This document shows, piece by piece, positions 42,256 through 57,349 of a stretch of DNA of 64,000 bases. Within the stretch, counting starts at the first letter, position 1. Every line of letters begins with the position of its first letter. Origin of the DNA: the human T2T-CHM13v2.0 reference genome, Homo sapiens; assembly GCF_009914755.1 (NCBI RefSeq), contig NC_060925.1; one strand, written 5' to 3'. The translations under genes were made by a program, and so were the position numbers. The notes beneath the pieces were generated by a model. The model saw nothing but the letters and a program-made list of their open reading frames with translations. It had not been told where the DNA came from and ran no database searches.

Positions 42256-45002
42256 ATGATTAATAGATGATACTGGCTGAAGAAAATAATAGACAGTTTC
42301 TTAATTTGTGAAATGGTCATGCTGGGATAGGAGTCAAGATGACAGAAGTAAGCAGGAGCTAGATGGTGTAGACTCTTTCAAGAAATTCAGACAGGAAGTC
42401 AACAGATTATTTGGAGCAAAGGAGTGGCTTGATTTTATGTATACATATTTCAAGCATTTAATTAAGATTACTTTATTTTCCATACTTCAGGAATAAAGTA
42501 GAGGGCCATGGCAATTCCTAAATTTGGGAGCTGGAAGTAAGCATGCAGCAGCATTGCTTAATTTGGTTGAAGCAACTAAGAAGACTGAAGACATCTTAGT
42601 TGCTTAACTTAACTTTAAAAAGCCAACAAAAGTTTATTCATCACCATCCTTTCCTCTAGTCATCTTAAATATCGATAATAGTACTGCATGGGGAATGATA
42701 AATTTAATTACTTTGTTTTGTGTATTAAAAAAAGTGTGACTGCCAAGAAAACAGACTTGAATATTAGGTTTTTTTTTTGGATACACTTTTGTCTGTGGTT
42801 CACAATGATCTTATATCACTTCTGTTAATTAATACAAAACTTAGAGTCAAATGAATGGCTCACCTTCTGCAAGTATATAGCACTTCATAATTTTGTAGAT
42901 ATGTAATTTACACAGGATTAATTTGATAATTAAATATCAAAGCACTAAAGATATTAACACTTTTAAAAATATGCATCAACTAATCTCAGAATAACACTAC
43001 TTAATTGTTCAGCACAACTTTTGAAATCTCATGGTGCCAGCCCTGCTTAACAATGAAATCTAGTACTACATAATACAAAGAGATTGAATGGGCAACATTC
43101 ATTTCCTACTCGTTACATTAATGCTTCTTGTGTTCGACACAATGAAGAAGAAAAGCAACAACACTGGCACCTGCAAAAGTTAAAGTGGGGCCAGATTAAA
43201 CCATTGACAGCTTCTAAGAAAATGTCAGTGATTTCTGACTTTGGACATGAGGATAAACTTGTATTGGCTGCCGACTCTGTTTCTAAATTGTAAAACTTGA
43301 GATTCTCAGGGGAGCATCAGGAGTTTCACAGCACTAAGATTCTATGTCGAGCAATTAACACAAAAACTCTGAGAAATGTTTAGAGAATAAAAGATGGATC
43401 AACAAGTACAAAGTGTAATGGAGCCCTGGGGAATATGACTGCCTGGTACAGGAGAGCTCTGGGACCACAGATGGAGAAAGTGTAAGTGCATGAAATAAAT
43501 AAGGGGCCACACAATTTATATTATGAGCAGGAGAACTTGGGTTCCTCATGTTTCTTAAGTCTGTGCCTATTAAATTCTTATTTTCCAGAAGTCAGTTTAT
43601 GAAGACATGAATTTTAGGGAACATTGGCAGAATCCCAACACTTTGTTTCATCTTTATAGCTGTATCCAGCCTGTATTTACAGACATAACCTGAGCATTCT
43701 AATGAGGATAAATACCTTTCAAATAAATATTTTAAACCAAATGTTCATAACAAAATTATATCTCCATACACAATGACTGTGGAGTAGAATTTTAATCACC
43801 AACAAAAAGAATTCCAGCTCACTATAGTCCTAAATCTGCATTTCCTTCTCCAACAAACCTCTCCACATGATGAACTTTTCTATATATTTTAATTTGATGA
43901 TAGACTAGTAGTATCTTATGAAATGATCACATGTGACATAATTCAAATCATTAGAATGACAAAATATATTGTTTTTAATTTAAAAAGCAGTAGATTTTCA
44001 TCAGAAGCATGGCATAAATAGGAGGCATTTGTTATGTTCAATGTAGCTTCTATAGAAATTGTGATGCTTGAGCTTTTTGTGGCTGGCTAAGAAACACTCC
44101 ACGATTCAGGCATTCACTTCACTGTCTGCCCATTTCTGTTCCCATTGGTTTCCCAAAGTGTGAACAATATCTTCACAACTTGTGACCCTCCAATTACAGC
44201 CAGATTCCAGACCTGTGTTTGTAGGGCCCACAATACGAGTGCAAATATAGTTCCACATCCCATATTTCAAATGTTGAAAAGATCTAATCTTCTAAACTTG
44301 ACAAATAGATTTTCATAACACCTAGAAAAAAAAGGCGAGGTTAAAATGTAGTATTTCAGACTGCTGCATGTTTTCTCACCAGAATGTGATAGCATAGTGG
44401 GAGTCAGTTCCCTGGCCCATACTCTACCCTTCTCCTCTAGCTCCTCACTTTATCTTGACCGCAATATACATATTCATTCTCATGTGTATGGGTATGGCTA
44501 CCTTGTTTCTTCAGTCCAAGCTCTATCAATATTCATGCAAGAAGCTACTCCTTTTCAGGCCTCATGCATAGTGATTTGAACATTGGAAGCTTTAGGGTTG
44601 TTTGGGTGAAGAATTTTGGGTTCTTAATTTCCTAGGACACAGTCTAGAAAGGCATGGCAGGGGATCCAGGTTGACATGTCCTTTGGCCTTGTGACTTTTG
44701 CTCCAGGAGAAGTAGAAGTTCCAGAAGTGGACCAGAGCAGGTCCCTTAGACATTGCCAGGTTTAAGAATGATACAGTTTAGGCCTATAGTTTTAGAGGGT
44801 GTTTCTAAACAAGAAATATATGTCTTCGTCTTACTGGCAGTAGTAAAATAACAGAACTGAGGTTATACTAACTTAAAAATTATAAATTTGAAATTTCTGT
44901 TATAGTATTATACTACTCATTATCACTATTACTATTATTGCTACTATAATATTATTATGATTATTATGTTAATCAGTATAGTACTAATATGTATGTGCTG
45001 GC

Positions 45003-45635
45003 TTTTAAAATTAATACATACAATTTATACATATTTATGGGGTACATGTGATATTTCAATACATGCATACAAAGTATAATGATCAAATAAGAGTAACTGG
45101 TATAACTGTCATCTCAAACAATTGATTTATTTGTATTGAGAACTTTTCAAATTTTCTAGCTATTTTGAATATACTGTACATTCTTGTTAACTGTAGTCAC
45201 CCTACTGTGCTATTGAACACTAGAACTTATCCCTTCTAACTGTATTTTCATACTCATGAACCAACCTCGCTTCATACCTCCCCCCGCTTACGCTTCCCAG
45301 CCTCTGGTAACCACTATGCTACTCACTATCTCCATGAAATCCACTCTTTTAGCTCCCTCATTTGAGTGAGAACATGTGGTATTTGGTTTGCTGACTTATC
45401 ATAATGTTCTCCTGTTCTATCCATGTTGCTGTAAATGACAAAATTTCATTCTTTTTTATGGCTAGATAATATTTCATTGTGTATATATACCATATTTTCC
45501 TTATACATTCATTTGTTGGTGGACACTTAAGTTGAGTTCATATCTTGGTTATTGTGAATGATGTTACAGTAAACATGGCAGTGCAGCTATCTCTTTGATA
45601 TATTGATTTCTTTTCCGTACTGATATACTGATTTC
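45003..45635 (-). mobile_element. L1MA (L1MA3/4-like) 3' segment
   Basis: atttatggggtacatgtgatattt...ttcccagcctctggtaaccact...ccatgttgctgtaaatgaca. Confidence 0.88.
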
Positions 45636-45706
45636 ATTAGCCAGATGTGGTGACAGGCACCTGTAATCCCATCTACTTGGGAGGATGAGGCATGAGAACC
45701 GCTTGA
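45636..45706 (+). mobile_element. 71-bp Alu internal fragment (copy of 46367-46437)
   Basis: 69/71 identity to the neighbouring Alu, including its non-consensus bases. Confidence 0.9.
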
Positions 45707-46165
45707 TATGCATAGCAAAGGAAAATATCAACAAAGTGAAGAGACAACCTACAAAATGGGAGAAAATATTTGCAAGCTATCCATTAAGCAAGAGATTAAT
45801 TACCAGTATGTATGAGAAACTCAAACAACTCAGTGGCAAAAACAAACAAACAAATAATTCTATTTAAAAATGGGCAAAAGATCAGAATAGAAATTTCTCA
45901 AAAGAAGACATACAATTGACTATCAGGTATATAAAAAATGTTCAACATCACTAATCACCTGGGAAAGGCAAATCAAAATCACAGTTAGATATTATTTCAG
46001 TCTCATTAAAAAAGCTATGATGGAAAAAAAAACAGAATAACAGACTGGTGAGGATGTGGAGAAAGGAGACTGCTTGTACATTGGTGGTGGGAATAAAAGT
46101 TAATACAGAAACTTTGAAAAACAGTGTGGTTTTTCAAAAACTAAAAAATAGAACTACCATATAAT
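45707..46165 (+). mobile_element. L1MA ORF2 segment (inverted part of the same element)
   Basis: Peptide CIAKENINKVKRQPTKWEKIFASYP; ends aaatagaactaccatataat. Confidence 0.85.
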
Positions 46166-46179
46166 ACATAGTGGATTTA

Positions 46180-46541
<362 letters not shown>

Positions 46542-46881
46542 ATCCTGGAGGGATTCATATAAGTCTTTTTTGTATGTTAGGGCCAGATTTGGTTATTTCA
46601 CATATGAAAATGAATAACGATATTATACAATCTAGATATAAAAAAATTCCTTTTGGTTTCATTGGTTGAATTATTTATTCAAAGTAACAGCTGTAAGAAA
46701 GGATGTTTTGATGATATCAAGAAATGTAAAGATCTCACTTAAACTATGGAATCCAAAGATTAGAACCACAGAATCTAAATTAAGCCTTCCTGTTAATGAG
46801 TTTCACTTATTAAATTTCTCATGACAGTAGAATATTGGTTTTTATTTAGCAAGATTACCTTAAATTATCAAAATTTTCTGA

Positions 46882-47238
<357 letters not shown>

Positions 47239-47561
47239 TGACTTTGTTGTTCTTTTTAAACTCAGAAGTGATTTATATCTTTTTTTGCAAACTTGCTTCA
47301 ATGTGATTTTCCCAGCATACTTACATTATTATTAAATCTAGTATTCAGTCTGATAAATCTTCTAAATATACAGATAAAAAAATTGTAATAAAAAAGTAAG
47401 GTGTCCCATTGCATCAATATTACTCAGAAAAGACTGAGCAGAATTCAATTTGTGTATGTGTGTATGTGTGTCATATAACAGAGGCGAATTTGAATAAGGA
47501 AAACCAGGTGGTAAGATTACAGTCATTTTTTTTAACCTATGTAATTAATTTTTGCTTTTAG

Positions 47562-47603
47562 GACTATGAAGATAAAGTTTTGTCTCCTGTCATCATAGGA
47601 AAT
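47562..47603 (+). other. Candidate 42-nt internal exon
   Basis: Acceptor ttttgcttttAG|G with upstream tttaac/taat branch-like motifs; donor AAT|GTAAGT. Confidence 0.3.
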
Positions 47604-48142
47604 GTAAGTTTACAAAACCCTATCTGTTTAAGTGCACACATTGGATTCTGTCAAGAGAAAATATTGTATGTTAACTGCTGTATGTAAGTTAATTGACACT
47701 ATCAATAAAGAAGTATCAGTAATGAAGAAATCCCAGTTACTAAATAGGACAAAGATGAAGACCAACTGTTTTAAGACAGAAGAAGACACATGTTACATTT
47801 GGTGGCTCTGTTTAGTAAAAGTGATCAAGTACCATATTAGAAACTTATAACTGCACAATATGGTATAAATAAAAGAGAGAAGTACACACTAAGGGGGGAA
47901 GGTTTGAATCCAGAATGCTCCTCTAATTGAGAATATCCCACTGAGATTCTCTGAGCAAGGTGTAACAGCAATAACAAATTACATCCTGGAAGGTTACAAA
48001 ATTATTGTCAGGATTGTGGAGTTGACATATGAGGTATTGATGACCAAGTGTAGGTATGAGCAATGCAAGGAGCTGAAGAACTGTAAGGCTATGTTAAATG
48101 TTAACATATGTTATGTTAAATGAGACATTTGCTAATTTTTCA

Positions 48143-48306
48143 TAGTGATTCTCAATTCTGCCTGTATATTTGAAACACCTGGAGAAGTCTTAAAAATGCC
48201 AGTGCTTAAGTCCAATCCTGATCAATTTAATCACTTTTTGGTAGTGAGTTTTCTGTGGTTTTATTTATATTTCAAATCTCCCTGCAGCCAGTGTTGGGCA
48301 ATATTG
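48143..48306. mobile_element. MER5-family (hAT-Charlie) DNA transposon
   Basis: tagtgattctcaa...acacctggagaagtcttaaaaatgccagtgc...tgcagccagtgttggg. Confidence 0.65.
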
Positions 48307-49208
48307 ATTTAGAATTGCAATAGAACTGGGTAGCAGAGCTGACATTGAGAGAGGTGCCTAAATCTTCAAATAAACAAACACAAAGTGCAGATGTCACTAT
48401 GACAGAATTAGTCCATGGATTCTTGTATACCCATTAATTGAAAAGAAAATGGGACAATACACGCCGTACACAAAATGTTTCATATACTATGACAACAACC
48501 ATGTCACTATGAATACATACTAATTAAACAACAAATGCACATTATTTAAATTTTACCTGTAAAATTGTAAACATTTGTTTAAGTAAGATGGTAGGACTTT
48601 GCATAAAATATGTTATTTCTTTAATGTTACCACAATGTTGCTTTAATCAATATGTTTTTGAAAATAGAATGTAAGATATTACTTTAAAAAATAAAAATTG
48701 GTTTACCAGCATGAGACACCGGCATTTAACTTTTAATCAAGACTCTATAGTAGCCAAACTCATGGAAAGGAAGCAAAAGTCATAGCTATTTCTGTTGGGA
48801 ATAGTCAGTTTTTCATGCAAGGCATGATTAGATTTCCTTAACGTATCTTTAAGAACTGCCAGTGCTAGCTTTATATCAGTTCATAAAGCAAAGTCAGCTC
48901 TCCAGTTCCTCTCTTCTTCCATCTCTAATCCTTTCAATGCTTATGTCAGAATGCAACTTTATTTAAGGAGTAAGTGCTTGACCAACCACCACCTTACTAT
49001 GTTGTGGACATTTTTGAAGATGTCAAGGATGTCAAGACAAAGAGCAACATCAGAAGGTTAAAAACTACAGAATTTAGAGTTACCTGAGCCTGGATACAAA
49101 TACTATCTCTATCTCAAACTGTAATCACCACAACAAACACCCCCCATACTGTTCAGCTCCCACTATCCTGCATTACTCACTTTATTTAATGTCTGTCTCC
49201 CCCATTGC

Positions 49209-49840
49209 TGTCCATGGGCTATTTCAGATTCTTGACTTTGCTGTATAAAACATTTTGAGTTAATCCAAAGTAAGAGTAGGCAAAGAAGTTTATTACAAAG
49301 CAAAAGCACAATCTGAGAGGTGAACAACCTCCTCAAAGAGAGAGATAGCTCCTAGTGCCTTAAGGAGACTGTACATACATATTCATAAAATACTAGGGAT
49401 GTCAGCTATACAAAGGTGAACCTGCTGTTGGTGCAGGCACTTAGCATCTACATGCTCTAATACGCATTGCATGTATTATTAACATATAAAATCTCCACTG
49501 AGGGGTGTGTTTTACTATTAAAATGAGAAAAAGTTACTGTAAGGTAAACTTTGAGTCTAGCTGTGCATTCAGAATCCTGAGAAGGCAGAAATTTGTAGCT
49601 CATAGTTTCTTTAGCTTTTGGTGCTGATTGGCTGGAGATTAGGGAAGCTACAACATGAATAAGGGGCTTTTGTTCTCTTTCTCAGGACTTAATGTAACCA
49701 AATAGCAATGGGCTGGTGTCCTGTAGGACCACTTATCTTGCAAAAGAGTTAGGTGCTGACTCACAAGGGTGCAAGGAATGCAAAAGGAACCCACAATGCT
49801 TCACACAGGGAACAAGTCCTACCCTACTTATCCTGCCTCA
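49209..49840 (-). mobile_element. Solo LTR, ERV1 class (MER4-group-like), inserted in an L2 3' end
   Basis: TG...CA termini (ends cctgcctca); antisense polyA signal tttatt; flanks resemble the split L2 motif gtctgtctcccc... Confidence 0.65.
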
Positions 49841-50083
49841 CTACCACAGGCATATGGGTTCAATGATGACAAAAACTTTATTTTTTTGTTAATTAAAATA
49901 GCTTCATAGAAGGTACTGAATATGATTTATTACTGAGGGAGCTCAGAAACAGCATCCCAGTGTCAGTTGACTCCCTGATCATTTGCCTTATCTATAGTTT
50001 TACTTAAAGTTAGACTCAGTAAGTTCCAGAAACAGAATTTGAATACTAGGCTTACATGAGTCCAAATTCCATGCTGGTGCTAT

Positions 50084-50401
<318 letters not shown>

Positions 50402-50569
50402 CTATGGATTTTTAAAGCTGCAATGCATGCTTTCATCTCAAATAATTTGCACTTACCATTTCTTCAGCCTAAAATATTTCTCTGGAAGATAACAAGATGT
50501 CTTTTCTTTAGTTCTTTATTCAGATGCCAGGAAAATCAAGACCAACATGACTGAAGCAGCATGTAACTG

Positions 50570-51350
50570 AACAGGCTTTTTCTCTAAGTGAGGTGGAAGG
50601 TTGTTGGAGTCATTCAACAAAGAATGACAATACTTGCTTCATGTTTTAATATGGTCGCTGTGATTAAACTATTGGGACCAGTCCAAAAGTAGGAAATGGC
50701 TGAAGCCATGTTAGAAAATTACTGAATTAATTCAGAAGAGACATGACTATGACTTGGATGAGGGTCATAGCATAGATGTGAAGTGGTTTGGAGCCTGGTT
50801 ATTCATTGGCTGTAGAGCCAATGGGTTGTAATGTAGGAATAGGTGTAGTATAAAGAGATGAATCAGTTGGTTCCTAGGCTTTTGGCTTGAGGAACTGGAA
50901 GTATAGATTTGCTATTTACTTTGTTCCAGAAAAGAAAAGAACCAAATTGGGGTGTAGAAGAGATTAGAAATTCAGTTCTGTTCATGTTAAACTTAAGATG
51001 TCTATTAAATATACAAGTGTTTATGGTGAGTAAGATACGTAAGTGTAGACTTCAGAGAATAGGTCTGGGTGGGATATTTAAGTTTGGAAGTCACCAGCAT
51101 AGATAGCATATTTAAAGTGCCTAGATGAGATTGCCTGTGGAGTGAATATAGATGGAGAGAAAACTAAGTATTTAAAAGGAACCCTGCAGATCCATGTTTA
51201 GACATTACAGAGATGAGGAAGAACCAGCAGGCAGACTCAGAAATAAGCAAGTGGAAATAGGTGATGTCCTCATAGCCAAGTGTCAAGGAGAAGGGAGTGA
51301 TGGACTGGATCATAACTGCTTATGAGAAAGAATAGAAATTAAGAACTATT
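50570..51350 (-). mobile_element. L2 fragment
   Basis: ttcctaggcttttggcttgaggaactggaag...aattcagttctgttcatgttaaacttaagatgtctatta...ggaagtcaccagcatagat. Confidence 0.7.
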
Positions 51351-51759
51351 AGACCATTCTTCTTTCTACATGTCAGATTAGTTTTCTCATACTGGCAACC
51401 TCCACGTTGCTGAAAGAACACCAACATGGTGATCTTGCCATGGCAACCCTCACACCTTAGTTATAACAGGAAAAGCAATATTTCTAAGATAAAATTACAT
51501 GTTTCTGCAATAATAGTTTATTACTTAATAAGAGTGCACTAAATATGTCAACTTCTATTTATTTCTCATTCTTTCGGAAGAAATAAGAATTGATCTTTTT
51601 ATGTTAGTGCTTCTGTTAGGCAGGTAAGGAACTGTAATCTCTCTTCAAACTAGATTTCTAGTATTTAAGTACATGGGCCTTTAGGTCTATATTTAACTTT
51701 AACTGTCTTAGTGTCTCTTCTCCAGATAAAAAAAGGTTATAATGAACATACCTCCTAAG

Positions 51760-51975
51760 TTCTCTACCTGTTTAAACTTGCATTTTTAATTCATAAAAAT
51801 TCTGAGGTAGGCAATATTATTATCATGAATTTACAAATAAAGAATACCAAACACACACACATACAACATTTTATGTGAAGCTAAGCAACTTAACCAAAGG
51901 CATAGAGGCAGTTTGCGTTAGAGTTTAAATGTAGATCTGTTTAATTACAAAATGTATGATTTTTTCAATCTTGAC
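51760..51975 (-). mobile_element. MIR SINE
   Basis: tgaggtaggcaatattattatc..atttacaaataaag...taagcaacttaaccaaagg. Confidence 0.55.
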
Positions 51976-52129
51976 ACATTCAAGTTGATTTTCTTTGACT
52001 CAAACTGTGGGCTAATTTATTGTTAATATCTGTGCTATCTCTCTTTAGTAAAACTTACTTCTTCAACTCATGTCTTTGGCTAATATGAGATTGAGATCTA
52101 ATATCAGCTTTGAGCTACAAGAGTTATAG

Positions 52130-52370
52130 GAGGTTGCATGATTTAGAGCAAAAGCATGTTGTGGAATGAGATAGACTGGGTTCAAATCTGAACAACTATT
52201 TCATAACTGGTATAACTAGAAACAATATTGAATCTCTATACTCTCAGTGCTTTCATCTGTCAATTAAGAGTATTACTGTACCATCTTCATGAAATTGTTT
52301 GTGTGTTAAATGAGATGACAATGAAAATATCTAAAACAGTTTCTGGCCTAAGATATGTGCAGAACAGTAA
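52130..52370 (+). mobile_element. MIR SINE
   Basis: agactgggttcaaatct...ctcagtgctttcatctgt...gttaaatgagatgaca. Confidence 0.7.
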
Positions 52371-53953
52371 TAAACCCAGAAGGAAGGAGGGAGAGGCCAG
52401 TGCTACAGAGGGACTGGACAATAACTGGAACCACATGACTTATTATTGGAGAATAACCTTAGAAGATTGCAAATTTAGTTCTTAGAGAACTAGAAATATC
52501 ATCCAGGTAGTCTAAGTAGACTCTGAGGGATGGAGATTGAAGGAAGGATGAGTTGTAAGTATCAAGATCTTTGATACATTATTGGTTATTGGTAAAATGC
52601 AGTCTATGTTGGCAGTAACACTGGAAATAGGTTTTAGCACCTTATGCATTGAACAGTACTAGAAACTACATATAGGAATTAAGCTATACGCAATCTCTCT
52701 GGTATACTCTGCAGGACTCCAATCCTAGTATGCAAATAGAGTGGGAATTAGTGCTTTATAGGCAATTATTCAGATTGGCCTTGCCCTTTCTCTGTGGGAG
52801 GTTTGGAAAATGAACTTATCTCTAGGCTCATGCAAAGTCGATAGGCATCTGTGTTTACACTTGGTCTCATGGCAATAAATTATTTCTGGTTCCTACTAAT
52901 CTGTACTCTACACTGGGCTGTTCTTGGCTGTCAGCCTGGGACCGGCTAAGCCTATAGTTACCACATTAATTTTCTTCATAATTGGGTAGGCTATAGGAAA
53001 ATAGAAAAGAATTAATAGCCATTCATTTTGGATTCTGTCATTTATGTGCAGAGAAAGATTAGAGAATTTCTAGATGCATTATGGAGCACATCACACAGTA
53101 TGATGAAAGTTAAATTTCTGGAAGAAGAAGTGAAATATATTGCTATAAACAAATTATTTGATATAGATGATTGACTACATTAAAGCTGAATAGCTTTTAG
53201 ATTGTCTGAAAATTTAAAGTCTCTGAGGTTTATGAACTTTAACAGCAGAGAGTATGATCATCCTGACTTTCTGCTGAGCATGGAAGATTCAAAATAGTGA
53301 GTGGATGCAGCAGACATTTTCCTTATTTCATTTCTGCTGCCATGCATGAGAGTTAAACTCAGTGATTTTTTTTTCAATGCATGATACATTTAACTGAAAA
53401 GAAAGTTAAATATCTCATATCATCAATTAAAAACTGTATGTTAAGCCAGGGACTATTAAGATTTCATTCTGTAAAGTATTCCACTGCTTGTGATTTTGAA
53501 TATTTTGTTTCTAGAATGTACAAGGTGTCCAGTGCTCATATTCGTGAACATAAATTATATCAGGAGTTTCAATTACACACAGAAGAATGTGGGGCTGATA
53601 TTCAAAATCAGATAAATAGTATTTTCATTTAATGTTATATTAATGATATATGGTTATTTTCATAGACATCCCTAATATGAAAATAGTGAACCTTTAAATT
53701 TATTAAAATGTATCGCCCATAGTAAAAGGCATCATCTGATATTTTAATTTCAAGCAGATTAATTACTAATGTATTTGGTTACTAGAAATAATTCTGATCA
53801 GTGAAAACTTACAAAATTGGGTTCACCAATTGAAATTAGTTCAGTATACTGTGCAATTAAAAAACAGTTCAACTGCATGAACGTTCAAATAATTTTTTAA
53901 ATAAACACAAAAGCAAATTGAGAACTGGGATAAAATACAAGTTCAAGAGGTAT

Positions 53954-54731
53954 TGTTACAGTAAGTAGCTAGTCAGGCATGAGTGGGGCAGAAGAGGGCT
54001 CACCACATCCACCAGGAATTCAGGCATCCATCAGATGATAGTCCAACAGTCGTCCTACTGTCTCTCTAAAATGATAATTGGTTGTAGCCGGCACCAGGGA
54101 GAGGCAGTTTCCTGATGGTCTGGCAGTTGTTACACTAAAATGATAATTGGCCACAGCTGGCACCAGGGAGAGGCAATTTCCCAACAGATAAAGACACTTG
54201 AAATTGGTGATTGACAACCTCCAATAAAAAGTCAGGAATTAGGCCAGTGGGCTGGTGCATGCTCATTAAGAGACAAAATGGCAGAATATGACCATCTGGG
54301 AGCATTCTACCGGAGAAGGGAAGAAAGTCTCAGGTGAGCTTACATATACAACTTCTTAAACACACTGCAGCCTCACCTCCCAAGCACAAGGAGGGCACTT
54401 CACATGCGGGCAGCTCACCCTAAGGGAAGAATGAAGGGAAAGGGGGCAAGATGCCGGAAGTGGACCAGTATATAAGGTCCTGGGTTCAAGATTAAATAGG
54501 GCATTTAATCTCGAGGGTACCCACTTGGGTCTCTTCCAAGCGTACCTTCCTTTCTTTCCTGCTGTGAAGCTTTTTGATAAACTTACACACCTGTTCTTAA
54601 ACTTGCCTTAGTCTCTTTTTCTGCCTTATGCCCCTCATGCCAACTGTTTCTTGTAAGGAGGCAAGAATTGAGGTTGCTGGAGACCTGTACAGATTCGCCA
54701 CTGGTGACTCAGATATTAGCTGCCCCTGACA
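53954..54731 (+). mobile_element. MER50-family solo LTR (ERV1)
   Basis: TGTTACAGTAAGTAGCTAG...CTGACA; perfect 4-bp TSD gtat at 53950-53953 and 54732-54735. Confidence 0.85.
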
Positions 54732-55873
54732 GTATTGTTATTGAAATATACAATAAAAAGTATCTTATGGAAATGAAGAAATTGTTTTATAACACGAGTT
54801 TTTCCATGAATAAAACTTGTGAAATATGAGAAACATTTTGTTTGTAGGCAGTGGTGAGTGAACAAAAGCAGGTTGAAACCGAAGAGGATTCAACCTATTA
54901 AAAACAAACAAACAAACAAACAAAAACATACTGGGCGATATTACCCTTTATGTAGTTTTCTTCCTGAAGGCCCAGTTCAGTCTGCAAGCAATTGGGAGCT
55001 AGAACTCAAGTAAAGCACAATACTTTTGACCGAAATTGAAGATAAGCATTGGGGTTGTCTGGTGGGCTAGAAATTGAAGGATAAGGAATGATGCAAGGAG
55101 GAAACCAAAGAGATAGAAAGCACCAGCGTCTGCATGTAAATTCATCTTAAAAGCTTTGGTAACCGTGGGCTACACATGAATGCAGAAGACTTTGAGGAAA
55201 CTGATGGAAAAAAATATTTGGAAAGCAGAAAACCCTTAGAAGAAATTTCGGTTCTCTCCATCAAAGGAGGCAGTCTGGAATTTGAGTTCTCTGATTAAAA
55301 GACCTTGGTTAAAATATTGGGCTTTCCCCAAACTGACACAATCAAAAGTTAAAAGTGATCATTCATTGGTATAATTGATTATAATATCTTCAGAAAGATA
55401 TATTATAACCTAGAATTTTAAAGCATTTTATTCACAATATGTAATATGTAATAATTATTTAAAATAAAAGAAACTAAATTTTCATATGTAAAAGAAAAGC
55501 AATCAAAAGATACATAGCTATATCTGACTCAGATACTGAAATAGCAGATAAAGAACTTTAAGGTGGCTAAATTAGTTATGTTCAAGGCTTAAATTAAAAG
55601 ATGGACATATTAAGGAAACCAATGGAGAATCTTGGAATAAAACTGGGATCTACTGAAACAAACAAACAAAAATAAACAAATAGAATTTCTACAATTTAAG
55701 AGTACACAGTCTGAAATGAAAAATGTACTTAGTGTGCTTTACAAGATACTAGAGATGACAGAATACAGGGACAGTGAACTTGAAGAGATCAAATAACTTC
55801 TGGGAAAATATCAAGTGGTCTAACATCTGTATAATTCCAGTCCCAGAAAGACAAAATAGAAAGAATAGGAAAA

Positions 55874-55878
<5 letters not shown>

Positions 55879-55906
<28 letters not shown>
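55879..55906. repeat. (TA)n microsatellite
   Basis: ~14 TA units. Confidence 0.9.
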
Positions 55907-55911
<5 letters not shown>

Positions 55912-55941
55912 AAGGAAGGAAGACTAAAAATGTGCCCAATT

Positions 55942-56260
<319 letters not shown>

Positions 56261-56509
56261 TCATAGTCTAGATATTTAAAGATGAAGAGGAAAAACCTTG
56301 AAGATCAGGAAAACAGAATATATTTAAACTTGGGAATAATGACACAAATGACAGTGGATGATTTCAATGAAAGTCATAAGACAGTAAATCTTTAAAGTGT
56401 TGAAAAATAAACAAACAAACCAGTTTCAACCTAATTCCTAACATCCAGCAAAACCATCTTTCAAAAAATGAAGGTTGAATAGAGACATTTTCAGGTAAGT
56501 TATAGTTGA

Positions 56510-56942
<433 letters not shown>

Positions 56943-57030
56943 TAAAAAGAACCAAAAAAGGAAAATGTGTTAGTAAATACTTTTACACGATTTTAAAACA
57001 AGAGAACTGACAATTTAAAACAAAAATTAG

Positions 57031-57349
<319 letters not shown>

